A DNA stretch of 64,000 nucleotides from Eledone cirrhosa (GCA_964016885.1 OZ024741.1:290904001-290968000), one strand, 5' to 3'; positions 1 through 17,756 are shown, counted from the stretch's first letter. A program made the numbers and translations. Notes: generated from the letters alone by a model not told the origin.

Positions 1-188
1 ATCTCTCTCGATGATTTTGGATGGCCATTGACTCTTAAGAGCTCCTTTGCCCTATGACAGGTTTTGTTTTTAGTCCTGCAGGATGTCCAAAGTCACCCTC
101 CTCACCAAGAAACCTTGGTGGGGTTGCCAGTTTAGTCGCCAACGACCCGACCATGAGACAGGTAGTACTGGGATACATGTTACCAGTA
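1..188 (-). mobile_element. 5' part of the bipartite RTE-derived non-autonomous retroelement (cut by window edge)
   Basis: Near-identical to the corresponding parts of the copies at 24783-25385 and 58617-59210. Confidence 0.75.
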
Positions 189-324
189 TGCATATATATA
201 TACATAATCATATTTATATATATATTTACATAATCATATATATATATATATACATATATATATACATATATATATATATATACATATATATATACATAAT
301 CATATATATATATATTTATATAAT

Positions 325-407
<83 letters not shown>

Positions 408-491
408 AAAGTTATATTTAAATTGTTGGGTTACAACTAGTAAATATTTATAACTGATATAAAAGCACTCGACAAATATTTGGAGTATATT

Positions 492-1008
<517 letters not shown>

Positions 1009-1180
1009 TATATACATAATCATATATATATATATATTTATATATACATAATCATATATACATAAATATATATATACATAATCATATATACATAATCATA
1101 TATATGTATATATATATTTATATATACATAATCATATATACATAAATATATATATACATAATCATATATACATAATCATA

Positions 1181-1237
<57 letters not shown>

Positions 1238-1258
1238 CATACATAAACATATATATCT

Positions 1259-2318
1259 CAACATTCTACTGCTGGGAGTCTTCAACCTGCCAAAGGTCAA
1301 ATGACATGAGGGCCACATCGTCCCAGGAATGATGTCAATAGAACAGAGACAGACGGAATCCCTGCTGGCCCTCACACACAGGCTGTTCATGGAACAAGCA
1401 GTACTCCTCCCAACAAGAGGCCAAAATGTCCTGGACCTCTGTTTTACAAACAACGAAGTGCTCATCCACAATGTAAAGGTGACACCAACAATATTCTAGA
1501 ATCATAACTTAATAGAACTAATGATATGTGGTCCGAGAGAACCAACAGAGACCCAACCATCAAGAAGCTCCGGGACGTTATCCGGCCTTAACTTCTACAA
1601 GGCTAACTGGAAAAATATCAAGAGAGAAATTCGGAAGCAAATATGGAGCAAAAACACCGCCACACAAGACAGCAACACACAATTTCAACACTACATGGCA
1701 ACGATACACACTATAAGCAAGAAGTTTGTCCCGGAGAAAAAGTCAAACAGACACAAAAATCTTATTCCCAGAGATAGGAATATCCTCATGAGACGTAGAA
1801 CCAAGCTCTCAGACCAGTTGAATGCACAAGAAAACAAAAACAAGGTGGAACCTTATCTGAAACGTGCACTACTTGACACCGAGATTTCACTCAAACTTTC
1901 TCATGAAAATGAGAGTGCAAAGAAAGAAAGCAGGGCCATAGAAAATATTAAAACAAACCCTAAGGCCTTCTTTAAATTTGCAAAAGAAACTGCCTCGGTA
2001 CACTGCAAGATTGGGCCACTCTTCCATACAGACTGTTCATTAACCGAGGATCCTCAAGAGATATGTGAAATACTGAACGAACATTAGAAAAGTGTGTTCA
2101 CATGTCCACTGAGGCACATGCAAATAACAAAGCCAGAGGAGTTCTTTGATGCCACAGCACTACATGAAGATATGGCGACCATCAACCACATAGACATAAC
2201 GGAGGAGGATGTGGTATACGCCATAGATGAATTAGAACAGACTCAGCTGCTGGACCTGATGTATTCCCAGCAGTCCGTGTAAGCGGGTCTTAGCAACTCC
2301 ACTGAAGATGCTCTTCAA
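1259..2318 (+). mobile_element. CR1/L2-group LINE ORF2 remnant (APE endonuclease C-terminus plus linker)
   Basis: Translations LLLGVFNLP, PTRGQNVLDLCFTN, NFYKANW, IKTNPKAFFKF, AAGPD; contains stops and frameshifts. Confidence 0.8.
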
Positions 2319-2759
2319 TATATGTAAACCTCTATATTTTATATACTCCCGTAAGGTTGAATAAAACTTTAGGCAGTATTCGACTGCGCTTTCTAGCAAC
2401 CAGCCTACTCGCCGTTAGGGACCAATCACAAGCTTTCTGACTTGCCCACTGGCCATATGACAATTCTTAGCCATTTTGAATTCGTTTCTGGCGGGGATCA
2501 TTTAAGAAAAATCTTTGTCCAATTGAGTTTGTTTCCTGTTGATTTATCCATGATCGGATATTCCCAAAAAACGAATGAAACCTCAGGGGGTAGAAACATG
2601 ATTTTGGTATGTTTATGTAGCTTTTTTCTTCTAAGTTTGATTTTGTACCTAATTGGGTATGGTTAACTATATGTCTAGTCAATTTCTACGGGCTATTAGA
2701 AATACAAGGTAAATCTTCTGTGGCTGTAGATCGTGGATAAAATAGCTATCTTGCCGGCG

Positions 2760-3415
2760 TATCTGTCGTCGGTAACCTCATGCAGCATCCTCGTCAGAAG
2801 CGTTCTTCAAAACACAATAGAACCCTCTGTGTTCAGAGAACGTGAGGCCTCCTGTGAGACGTGGGACCCGCTAGGACTTAGCTAAGTAGATGTCCCTCCT
2901 CCTCCTCCTCCTGTTGACGTCACGTCCCTCCAACGCACTTGGGATGCCATCCAGTGCAGCCTGACCTCAGACAGGCTCACGCGCCAGTTCGACCAGCACC
3001 GCCTTGATTGTTTTCGTGCGGCCTCCAAACCCCGCAGTGTTGCCTGGCTCCATGCCCTTCCCTCCCTCTCCACTGGCACGTAGCTAGACAACTATAGCTT
3101 GCGAAACCGCGTTTCCCTGAGGCTTCGCCTCCGGATCTGCCAGCCACACCAATGTCGCTGCGGTTCCATCGTGGACTCTTTCGGCCTCCACCCGCTTTCC
3201 TGTTGCCACAGTGCCACCCGAAATCCACGCCATGCGGCCCTCAACGAGGTTATTAAGCATGGCTTGGACGCTGCAGGCTTCCCTTCCCAGCTCGAGCCGG
3301 TGGGGCTGGATCGAGGGGCCGGCAAAAGGCCAGATGGCATGACAATCTTCCCGTTCCGCGGTGGCAAAACCCTCGTCTGGGATGCCACTTGCACCGACAC
3401 TTTCTGCAGCCGCAC
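2760..3415 (+). mobile_element. CRE-like non-LTR retrotransposon C-terminal remnant (zinc knuckle plus restriction-like endonuclease)
   Basis: [67 protein letters not shown]. Confidence 0.75.
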
Positions 3416-3878
3416 GTGTGTGTTTTCATTTTGTCCTTACATCACAACTTACAATTAAGGACAAACTGAAAACACACACACACATAGGACGAACAACTAA
3501 CTAGTAACATGTAAATAAACAAATTAATAAACAAATAAAAACACACACAGACACCCGGATGTAACACATGCGCAAACTAAACACACACAACACACAAAAA
3601 CAAGATGGCGTAGGACAGAACAAAGGAGAGACACAAAACAAAGAAAAGAATCCCGAGTCACTGAACAGGTCACAGAATGTGTGACGAACGAACATTGACA
3701 ATATATGAACAACCGTCCGGCTATGGAACCAACCAACCAACCGGAAATTTATAAATTCTTAAATTTATAAATTTAATTTATAATAAATTGGAGTGAAAGC
3801 ACTTGGTGCGTGGGTTTCTTATTGGCAACATGAACATGCCAAAGCATAACAAAACATATATATATATATATACACATA

Positions 3879-3961
<83 letters not shown>

Positions 3962-4169
3962 ATAATCATATATATATATATATATACAAATAATCATATA
4001 TATATATGCATAATCATATATATATATATATATACATATGATCATATATATATATATCTATATACATAGAATTATATATATATATATATACATATAATTA
4101 TATATATATATATAAACACATAATCATATATATCTATATATATATATATACATAATCATATATATATAC

Positions 4170-5653
4170 ATAAGTATGTATACGTACATACATATATGTA
4201 TACAGACGTGCAGGAGTATGTATATATATATACACACATATATATATGTACGTATGGATTCACCGAATATTTATTATAATACTCGGTGTGTTTGTAAACA
4301 AACATCCCGAACTAAGCCGTACAGTGTCTAGCAACCATCGTTGCTCATTTTTTCAACCCTGACAAAGGAACGCTGTACTAGTTTCAAGGTTATTAGCTAT
4401 CGCCAGCAACGTATGGCTTCCTGCCAGATGATTGAACGTCTGAAAGTATATACTTTCATTATGCATATTAACGGCTGAGCAACCTAATTTGCATATCGAG
4501 CGAGTTAATCGGCCGGGTTACCAAAAACGAAAAACGGTAAAAATGAAACCAAATTTCTTTTCTCACTCTTAGTACGGCTGTTAATAACATATAAGTATGT
4601 ATAAGTACATACATATATGTATACAGACATACAGTAGTATGTATATATATATACATACATGCATACATATATATATGTACGTATGGCTTCGCCGAACATT
4701 TATTATAATGCTCGGTGTGTTTGTAAACAAACATCCCGAATTAAGCCGTACAGTGTCTAGCAACCATCGTTGTTCATTTGTTCAACCCTAACAAAGGAAC
4801 GCTATACTAGTTTCAAGCTTATTAGCTATCGTCAGCAACGTATACCTTCCTGCCAGATGATTGAACGTCTGAAAGTATATTTTCCTTATGCATATTAACG
4901 GCTGAGCAGCCTAATTTGCATATCGAGTGAGTTAATCGGCCGGGGTACCGAAAAGGTTAAACGGAAAAAAAGAAACGAAATTTCATTTCTCACTCTTAGT
5001 ACGGCTGTTACTTAAATATAAGAATGTATACGTACATACATATATGTATACAGACGTACAGTAGAATGTATATATATATACATACATGCACACATATATA
5101 TATATATGTACGTATGGATTCAACGAACATTTATTATAATGCTCGGTGTGTTTGTAAACAAACATCCCGAATTAAGCCGTACAGTGTATAGCAACCCTCG
5201 TTGCTCATTTGTTCAACCCTGACAAAGGAAGGCTGTACTAGTTTCAAGCTTATTAGCTACCGTCAGCAGATCAGCCGTTAATATGGATAAGGAAAGTATA
5301 TACTTTCAGACGTTCAATCATCTGGCAGGAAGGTATACGTTGCTGTCTGTAGCTAATAAGCTTGAAACTAGTACAGCGTTTGTTTGTCAGTGTTGAACAA
5401 ACGAGCAACGATGGTTGCTGGACACTACGGCTTAATACGGGATGTTTGTTTACAAACACACCGAACATTATAATAAATGTTCGGAGAATCCAGACGTACA
5501 TATATATATATATATATGTGTGTGCATGTATATATATATATATACATACTACTGTACGTCTGTAAACATATATGTATGTACGTGTACATACTTATATTTA
5601 AGTAACAGCCATACTAAGAGTGGGAAATGAAATTTCGTTTCATTTTTTCCGTT

Positions 5654-5656
<3 letters not shown>
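4170..5656. repeat. Array A of ~430-bp hammerhead-containing tandem repeat (retrozyme-like); ~2.6 units on -, inversion at ~5269, ~0.9 unit on +
   Basis: Hammerhead position recurs at 4371, 4800 and 5231 (period 429-431); inverted copy at 5338-5378; both ends abut (TA)n. Confidence 0.9.
4800..4840 (-). ncRNA. Minimal type I hammerhead motif in the 430-bp repeat unit
   Basis: Minus strand CGTTG-CTGACGA-T-AGCT-AATA-AGCT-T-GAAA-CTAG-TA-TAGCG; other copies have stem I' CAGCG. Confidence 0.7.
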
Positions 5657-5689
<33 letters not shown>

Positions 5690-5693
5690 CACA

Positions 5694-5737
<44 letters not shown>

Positions 5738-5795
5738 ATCCTATATATATATATATATATATACGCATAATCGTATGTATATATATATACACATA

Positions 5796-5841
<46 letters not shown>

Positions 5842-6181
5842 ACCCTATATATATATATATATATATACACATAATCGTATGTATATATATATATATACAC
5901 ATAATCATATATATATATATACATAATCATATGTATATATATATATATATACACATAATCATACATACATATATACATAATCATATTTATATATATACAT
6001 ATAAATATATATATATACATAATCATACATATATATATATATATACACATAATCATCTATATATATATATACATATATATATACATAATCATATATATAT
6101 ATATATACATAATCATATATATATATATATACATAATAATATGTATAATAATATATCTATATATATATACATTATATACAT

Positions 6182-6373
6182 AATTGTTTCTACTTTTGGC
6201 ACAAACCCAGCACTTACCCAGTGTATTACTGGTACTTTATTTTATCGACCCCGTAATGATGAAAGGCAAAGTTAACCGCGGCGGGATTTGAACTCAGAAT
6301 GGCAAGGGCAGTAACTCTATGCGTTAAAGTATGGCGTGCGACCCTCTACCGATACTGCCAAACCACCGCCCTT
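6182..6373 (-). mobile_element. tRNA-derived SINE with Deu/Nin-like central domain
   Basis: A-box TGGCAGTATCGG, B-box GAGTTCAAATCC, GCCTTTCATC..GGGGTCGATAAAATAAAGTACCAG; more than 15 copies in window. Confidence 0.8.
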
Positions 6374-6555
<182 letters not shown>

Positions 6556-6586
6556 TATATATATATATATGTTAACTTTAAATATA

Positions 6587-7714
6587 TATGTTAACTTTAA
6601 ATCTAACCATCCTACCAATATCAAGAATGCTATAGTTAGTAATATTGGAAAAAGAATATCTAACATATCCTCTAATAAAAACATCTTTGATGCTAACGCC
6701 AATTACTATAATAACGCACTTTCTAAAGCCGGCTATCCAGATAAAATCAAATATAGTAAAGAAACAAATTCTAGAAAAACTTACAGTAGAATAATTAATC
6801 ATGATCATTCCAATAATTTTAATAAAAGACCTAGATACAAAAACATAATCTGGTTTAATGCTCCTTTCTCCATCTCTATTAATAACAATATTCCTAAATT
6901 ATTTTTTAGTGCCTTAAATAAATGCTTCCCTCCCTCACATATCTATAGTAAAATATTTAACAAACACACCATCAAATTTTCTTATTCTACATCCTCCAAT
7001 ATTTCCAACATCATCTCTAAACACAACAATAAAATACTAAATACTAAATCTCTTCCTTCCAACATTGAATTTCATAATAACAGTAATAGTACTCCCGACG
7101 TCATTGTAAACCATAGGCTAACTTCTGTAAACCCAAATACAACGTCAAACACAACTTCGCTAAATGTTCATAATCCAACTCTAAATCAAGAAACTATTAT
7201 TCCTATTATTCCTATCGCAAACAACTTCTCCAATCCAATTCCTTCTATAGATAATACTAGGTCACTCATTAATAATCTCTCTAATTGCAACTGCCGCATT
7301 AAAAATAAATGTCCTCTCAACAACCATTGTCTCGATAAAAACTTAATTTATGAATGTAAAATTATAACTAGCACCAATTCCTTCACGTATTTTGGCTCCA
7401 CTTCCACCTCTTTTAAAGCTCGTCTCTATAATCATCATTCATCTTTCAAATACAAACTTAAAAGAACCAACACTGCTCTCTCAGAACTCACATGGTCCTT
7501 AAAAGACAAAAACAGTAAATATACCATCTTTTGGAAGAAGGTTTCTTCTGCATCCTCATACTTGAACAGCTCTCTATCTAAAATCTGTAATCTCTGCCTA
7601 AATGAAAAATTTACCATTATCTCTAACCTAGATTCTATAATAAATAGACGTACAGATTTGTTTTCTATCTGCCTGCATAAATTCCATAGGACTTTTCACA
7701 AAGTATACAGTTAA
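6587..7714 (+). CDS. PLE ORF C-terminal half: RT thumb, linker, CxC..CPL..C zinc motif, GIY-YIG endonuclease (no RT catalytic core)
   Basis: [34 protein letters not shown]...CL..NLIYEC, YFGST...[18 protein letters not shown]. Confidence 0.8.
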   Translation, partial: YVNFKSNHPTNIKNAIVSNIGKRISNISSNKNIFDANANYYNNALSKAGYPDKIKYSKETNSRKTYSRIINHDHSNNFNKRPRYKNIIWFNAPFSISINNNIPKLFFSALNKCFPPSHIYSKIFNKHTIKFSYSTSSNISNIISKHNNKILNTKSLPSNIEFHNNSNSTPDVIVNHRLTSVNPNTTSNTTSLNVHNPTLNQETIIPIIPIANNFSNPIPSIDNTRSLINNLSNCNCRIKNKCPLNNHCLDKNLIYECKIITSTNSFTYFGSTSTSFKARLYNHHSSFKYKLKRTNTALSELTWSLKDKNSKYTIFWKKVSSASSYLNSSLSKICNLCLNEKFTIISNLDSIINRRTDLFSICLHKFHRTFHKVYS

Positions 7715-8234
7715 TATTCAATTCTTTATCAATTTAGAATCTGTTCTCAAAGGCACATATACATACACCTCTTTAAAATATACCCATCTTCCTACCTTAC
7801 TTTAAAGGGCATTATACACTATATACTACTTGTTTACTCATTACCCTCATTCTATCTTCACCTTGTAAAATCCTGCATAACATATACATTTAGTTTTTTG
7901 ACGTTAGAATATTCATCCGCAATCATTATTATTTTTTCTCTCTATCATAAATCTTTTTAATCTCAATTTCATCCTTAATTTATTATTTTTTTCTCCCCAT
8001 CAACGAACTCATTCTTAATACATATTAACTCTTTATTCGCATATATTATCAATTCCTTCAATATACAAACTTTAACTTCACATTATTTTTCTCAAATCCT
8101 TCTACACACAAACCTTAATAATTTTTCTCTTCGTTAATTTTGAAATTGCCACAATACTTATCAACATACACTTTTTTTGACGTTAGAATATTCATCCACA
8201 ATTATTATTATTTCTCTCTATCTTCATACATAAA

Positions 8235-8648
8235 TTCCCTTCGTTAATTTTCAAATTCCTTTAATTTATACATTATCTTCCAACGGTTCTCAACCTCTCT
8301 ATATAAAACAATATATCTTTTTCTCAGTTATAAAAACTATCTCTTTCTCTCTATCACCCATCTCTCCCTCTCCACCTTCACTCTCATCTCCTCCCCCTTT
8401 TTTCATCCTTTCCACACACCCCTCCATAAATAAAATATTTTTTCCTCGCACATATCCTCCCTTCGTTAATTTTCAAATTTTTTTAATTTATACATTATCT
8501 TCCAACGGTTTTCAACCTCTCTATGTAAAACAATATATCTCCTCTCAGTTATAAAAACTATCTCTTTCTCTCTATCACCCATCTCTCCCTCTCATCTCCT
8601 CCCCTTTTTCATCCTTTCCACCCCCCCCTCTCTAAATAAAATATTTTT
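8235..8648 (+). repeat. Direct duplication (~200-bp units, ~222-bp period) in the PLE 3' region
   Basis: TCCCTTCGTTAATTTTCAAATT...TAAATAAAATATTTTT occurs at ~8235-8440 and ~8457-8648. Confidence 0.8.
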
Positions 8649-8743
8649 CCCAATATCACACATCAATCTAAAACCACTTTTCATGTTGATTTAAAACTGC
8701 ACTATCCACAAGTGTTTTTTAGCCTTCATATCATGTTCTCCTG

Positions 8744-8810
8744 TTTTATCTGATGAAAACACAAATATTATTGCATGATGATGTTTGTTTTTGAAATGCG
8801 CATAATAAAA
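8744..8810 (+). ncRNA. Minimal type I hammerhead ribozyme at the PLE 3' end (pLTR)
   Basis: TTTTAT-CTGATGA-[AAAC..GTTTT stem II]-GAAA-TGCGCA-TA-ATAAAA. Confidence 0.8.
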
Positions 8811-8842
8811 TACATGGAACTCCTTTAACCATCTTTTGATCT

Positions 8843-8960
<118 letters not shown>

Positions 8961-9630
8961 CTAGGGCGGGTTATATTCCCGACATCCATGAACGAGTTCT
9001 CTCCAGCGGTCTCTGTCCCTCATTATCGCTGCCATGTCCTGCGTATCCAACAGACCAGTCTCTGTGCTTAGGGCATCCACATACATTAACCTTAGTCTTC
9101 CTCTCCCACTGTGTCCATGTAGGGGCTCCCACAGGGGCACTGAGTATAATGTCAACTCTGGGTGTCGCTGGGCATGTCCAGCTTACATCAGTCTACTCTC
9201 TGTCAGTTTTGAGCTGACTTTTGTGAGGCTCCCATACAGCTCTGAGTTTTTCATCCTCAGTGTATACTGATTAATGTTCAGAGCCATCCTCAGGATTCTT
9301 GTGTAGCACCCATCCACCATCTGAGTGAGTCTCTTGGTCAGTGTCCAAGTCGCAGACCCGTACAGCAGCACAGACTCCACTACAGCAATGAAGAGGCGGA
9401 TTTTCAGGTCTTTACGAAGGTTCGACTGCCAAACTGATCTCAAGCTGTGGAAACACCGTCCAGGATCCGCTCCTCCTCTCACACACATCATGAGAATTGA
9501 ATGAGACTAAATCAAAATATCTGGTAGAGAATGTTGAGAAGCCAGAGGGGATCACTAATGTAGGCGGGAAGCCGCTAGAATTGGTTGAGGACTTCCTGTA
9601 TTTGGGAGCTAAGATTGGTAATACGGAAGA
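8961..9630. mobile_element. RTE-clade LINE remnant with 5' inversion (8961-9465 on -, ~9470-9630 on +)
   Basis: Minus: KIRLFIAVVESVLLYGSATWTLT, LAGH..RH, DRDRWR; plus: [19 protein letters not shown]. Confidence 0.8.
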
Positions 9631-9641
9631 TATATATATAC

Positions 9642-9708
<67 letters not shown>

Positions 9709-9841
9709 TACATAATCATATATATATAAATATACATAATCATATATATATATATATACATAATCATATATATATATATATATATATACATAATCGTATA
9801 TATATAAATATATATATATATACATAACAATATATATATAA

Positions 9842-12355
<2,514 letters not shown>

Positions 12356-12436
12356 ATATATATATATATACACAATCATATATATATATATATATATACA
12401 TAATCATAGATATACATATATATATACATACATAAT

Positions 12437-12562
<126 letters not shown>

Positions 12563-12578
12563 ATCATATATATATATA

Positions 12579-14557
12579 CAGGTACCATAAAATATTCAAC
12601 AGGCACACGGTGAAACTTTCCTACAGGCTCCGTAGCCCAGCACATAGCTGGCATAAATAGTAATAGGCTCACTGCATCTAATACCACCGTAAACCACGGA
12701 GCCACCCAATAGAACCAGCACGCGAGACGCAATGGAACCCGGACAGGCCCAAATAGCACACCGGAACCCAACGACCCTGTGCTGATTGCCTAGACTACCC
12801 AGCGAACCCCGAGTGATGGTAACCACGAGGTACATATGGTGGGGCTTAAAAAGTCATGTAATTGCAGAGACCCATCACTATGCCCCCTTAGTAATGAATG
12901 AATGACGAAAAACGTGGTCTACAGGTGCAAGCTCACAAACCCTAACTCGGAGCACCACTACATAGGATCCACTGCGACGAGCTTCAAAGCTCTGTGGTAT
13001 AACCATCGCCATTCCTTTAACAGAATAGATAAGAGGAAATGTACGGCCTTTTCTGAATTGATCTGGGAGCTCAAACTTGAAAAGACCCCGCACCCTCTGG
13101 TCTGGTCCGTGGTTAGAAAGGTTCCCCTAGACAGAGGCGGGTCTGGTATTTGCAACCTCTGTCTTAGTGAGACACTCGAGATTCTTCGTGGCGGAACCAA
13201 ACTATTAAACAGAAGGGCCGACTTATTCGGTGCCTGCAGACACCTAAGGACGGGAACTTTCCTCAAGCTATATGGATAAACACCGGTTACGGCCTCTCAC
13301 AAGACCCCCCCCCTGTAGGTCCCCTACACCCCGTACCAATGACCAATGGACAACAACAACCACCCATCGTTTGTGGTCCCTATGGTGGACGGTCCTCCGG
13401 ATCCTCTACTGGTTCGGAGTCATCTAAACCACGTTTTATTGAACCTGATTTTATATATATATGTATATATATATATATATATGTATCATGTGTATATATA
13501 TATATTTTATATGTGTATATATGTGTATTTTATATATATGTATGTATATGTATGTATATATTTTATATATATATATGTATATGTATGTGTATTTTATATA
13601 TATATATGTATCTATGTTTTATGTGTGTATATATTTTATGTATGTATATATTTTATATATATATATGTATCTATGTTTTATGTGTGTGTATATTTTATGT
13701 ATGTGTGTATTTTATTTATATATATATATATATTTTTTTATATGTATATATTTTATATATATATATGTTCTGTGTATATGTATATATTTTATATATATAT
13801 ATATACTTGTGCGTGCATACATGCATACATGTATATTTATATACACACCTGTATGGATTTGTGTGTGTAGATGTGTGAGTATCTGAGGGGGTAGGTGTGA
13901 GTGTATGTACAAGTCAACCAGTATAAACCTTTTATTTCTAAATTTTCTAAACTATCTAAGTATTGGACTCTAACCATTATTTTAAGTATTACCACCCCAC
14001 ATTTTGTATGTGTGGATGTGTGTGTGTGTATCTGTGGAGGTGGATGTGAGTGTAGTACAAGCCAAACTACATAAGTCTTTTTATCTGTAAATTTCTACTC
14101 CAACCATAAATTTCAGTAGCACCACTTCACAAATTCTTCAATTTAAGAATGACCAGGAGTATCTATTTCATATTATTAAACTTAATTGAATATATACTGA
14201 CCACGAATGCCTTTTGTGAAAATCAATCATATAGAACTATCGTCATCGTGCCTGACGGTTTGAACTACAACACCACCTGCCTCTTTGAGGTCAAATACCA
14301 ACCCTACTACCATCTACAAACTGACCAATGAGAATCAAGACTATTCCTGCTGACGAACAATGAATTATTCCTAACAAGTTCATATGTCCCAAGGCTCTGA
14401 CCCCATAAAGACTATAAACACAGTTCATGCAATTGACTTATGTTTCGTCACTATATGCGAGGAAATACCAATGATAGTTCCAAAATCACTGACGAAGGAC
14501 TATTTTTATCATATGTAACCCATGTGCAAACAACGCAGTATTCTTCTTTCTTCTCAT

Positions 14558-14560
<3 letters not shown>
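12579..14560 (+). mobile_element. Second Naiad-like PLE family, 5'-truncated and frameshifted; GIY-YIG at ~12842-13279 (3' extent uncertain)
   Basis: RYHKIFNRHTVKLSY, SCNCRDPSLCPLSNE*MTKNVVYRC, YIGSTATSFK, CNLCLSE, LLNRRADLFGACRH. Confidence 0.8.
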
Positions 14561-14602
<42 letters not shown>

Positions 14603-14759
14603 GTTAAATATATAAATATATATGTATATGATAAACATAATAATATATATATATATATATATATACGTAATCATATATAAATATATATACATAATCGTAT
14701 ATATGTATATATATATATATATATACATAATCATATATAAATATATATACATAATCGTA

Positions 14760-14849
<90 letters not shown>

Positions 14850-14861
14850 ATCATATATATG

Positions 14862-14893
<32 letters not shown>

Positions 14894-14898
14894 CATAA

Positions 14899-14967
<69 letters not shown>

Positions 14968-15067
14968 ATCATATATGTATATATATATACATAATCATAT
15001 ATATATATATATTTATATATATATACATTATCATAAATATATATATAAATATATATATATATATAAT

Positions 15068-15165
<98 letters not shown>

Positions 15166-15362
15166 TAGATATACATAATCATATATATATATATATATAT
15201 ATACATATATATACATAATCATATATATATATACATAAACATATATATATATATATACATAATCATATATATATATATGTATATATATATATACATAATC
15301 ATATATATATATACTTAATCTTATATATATATATATTTATATATATATACATTATCATATAT

Positions 15363-15409
<47 letters not shown>

Positions 15410-15830
15410 ATCATATATATATATATGAGTATTGAAGTTTGCTTGAAGCATTGTGGAACAATAAGTAAATATTTATAAGTCGTTTGGAAGCCTCGATAAT
15501 GCAAATGGGTAAATCTCCGGGTAACAAGGTCTGGTGGTGGAGAGAGAGATATGTAAGTGGGTGTACGTTGAGATGCGTGGTGTGTATAAAATGTGTGAGA
15601 TGTGTAGAATGAAGGGAAGAGTAAAAGGGTAAAAATAATAATAACAACACAAGAAAGAGAGTTACCTTGAGAGAGATTTAATAGTCCCTATATATTTCGG
15701 ATTCACATCCATCAACTGGGGTTTCTTCCGGGGTGGGGGAAAAGGTTGTCTGTCGGACAACTTGGAACGCGTCTTTCGCTGTTTGTTGATTTGAATATAT
15801 ATATATATTTATATATATATACATTATCAT

Positions 15831-15863
<33 letters not shown>

Positions 15864-15941
15864 CATAATCATATATATATATACATAATCATATATATAT
15901 ATATATATAAAATCATATATATATATATACATAATCATATA

Positions 15942-16011
<70 letters not shown>

Positions 16012-16352
16012 AATATGATAATAATGGAGCTGCGGCGTTGCAAATGGGATACATATGAAAAAGTGAGTCCTTCATCAGTGACCCTCCAACCGTCCTAGGC
16101 ATTTCATCGCTTTAAGGGCCATATGCCTCAGGTTGGTGCGAATAACGGCTAAAAAAAGTCGTTGGGACACGTAAACAAAGGGGACGCCAGGGTAACAACA
16201 AAAAAGTTTAAGCAACGGAAAGTGAGAAGAAATAGACAAGTCCCAGATCTCTATGAATGAAAGATCTCTCGGTGAAATCTTGAACAAGAGACAAAAGACC
16301 ATCAAACCTGGTTGAAATGTGAGCAAGGAAAGAATTTCGGCCAAGTTTGACG

Positions 16353-16428
<76 letters not shown>

Positions 16429-16458
16429 CATAATCATATATATATATAAATATACACA

Positions 16459-16496
<38 letters not shown>

Positions 16497-16497
16497 A

Positions 16498-16538
<41 letters not shown>

Positions 16539-16710
16539 ATCATATACATATATATATATATATATATACATAATCATATATATATATATATACATAATCA
16601 TATATTTATATATATATACATAATCATATATATATATATATACATAATCATATATATATATACATAATCGTATATATATTTATATACATAGTCATATATA
16701 TATATGCATA

Positions 16711-16773
<63 letters not shown>

Positions 16774-17123
16774 GTTATCATATACATAAAGTTAAAGATA
16801 TATATATGTTGCAACTGTTCACTTTTAAGCTCTATGAAGAATTAATAAATTAAAATAAAAAAATCAGAGCATTATATCATAAATCATGTCTTTAGAATCA
16901 TCAGATATTAAAATATATACTATTTCTTCTTCTAATTAGCATAATTAACCATATACAAAATCCATCCTAGCAAGCTATAAGAATAAATTCTCTTATGGGG
17001 AAATCTCCGACAAATAATCGATCGTAGCCTCTTCGCGTCAGCCCCGTTTCATTATTTATCCAACATTCCGACATTTCGAATTATTTTTTGATTATTTGAT
17101 TTTAATTTATTAATTTATTAATC

Positions 17124-17636
17124 TCTCACTAAGACAGAGGTTGCAAATACCAAACCCGCCTCTGTCTGGGGGAACCTTTCTAACCACGGCCAGACCGGAG
17201 AATGCGGGGTCCTTTCAAGTTTGAATTTCTAGATCAATTCAGAAAAGACCGCACAATTCCTTTTATCTATTCTGTTAACGGAATGGCGATGGTTATACCA
17301 CCGATCTTTGAACCTCGTCGCTGTGGATCCTATGTAGTGGTGCTCCGAGTTAGGGGTTGTGACCATGCAACTGTAGACCACGTTTTTCGTCATGCATTCA
17401 TTACTAAGGGGGCATAGTGATGGGTCTCTGCAATTACATGACTTCTTCAGCCCCACCACATGTACCGCGTGGTTATGCATCACTCGGGGTTGGCTGGGTA
17501 GCCTCCGCAATCAGCACAGGGTCGTTGGGTTCCGGTGTGCTAGTTGGGCCTGTACGGGTTCCGTTGCTGGTCCTGTTGGGTGGCTCCGGGGTTTACGGTG
17601 GTATTAGATGCAGTGAGCCTATTTATGCCAGCTATG
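17124..17636 (-). mobile_element. Fragment of the same PLE family as 12579-13279
   Basis: GLKKSCNCRDPSLCPLSNECMTKNVVYSC..YIGSTATRFKDRWYNH; high nucleotide similarity to ~12643-13173. Confidence 0.85.
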
Positions 17637-17756
17637 CTTAATACGGGATGTTTGTTTACAAACACACCGAGCATTATAATAAATGTTCAGCGAATCCATA
17701 AGTACATATATATATGTGTGCATGTATGTATATATATGTATGTACGTGTACATACT

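Noticed and set aside
13339-13886. 141-179 aa ORFs downstream of the PLE GIY-YIG
   Set aside because: Mostly a TG/TA-rich minisatellite (ATATTTTATATATATATATGT units)
15425-15795. Possible hammerhead on - strand (CCC-CAGTTGA-T-GGAT/ATCC-GAAA-TATA-TA-GGG)
   Set aside because: Core has two non-compensatory changes; probably a decayed pLTR, so not called as a ribozyme
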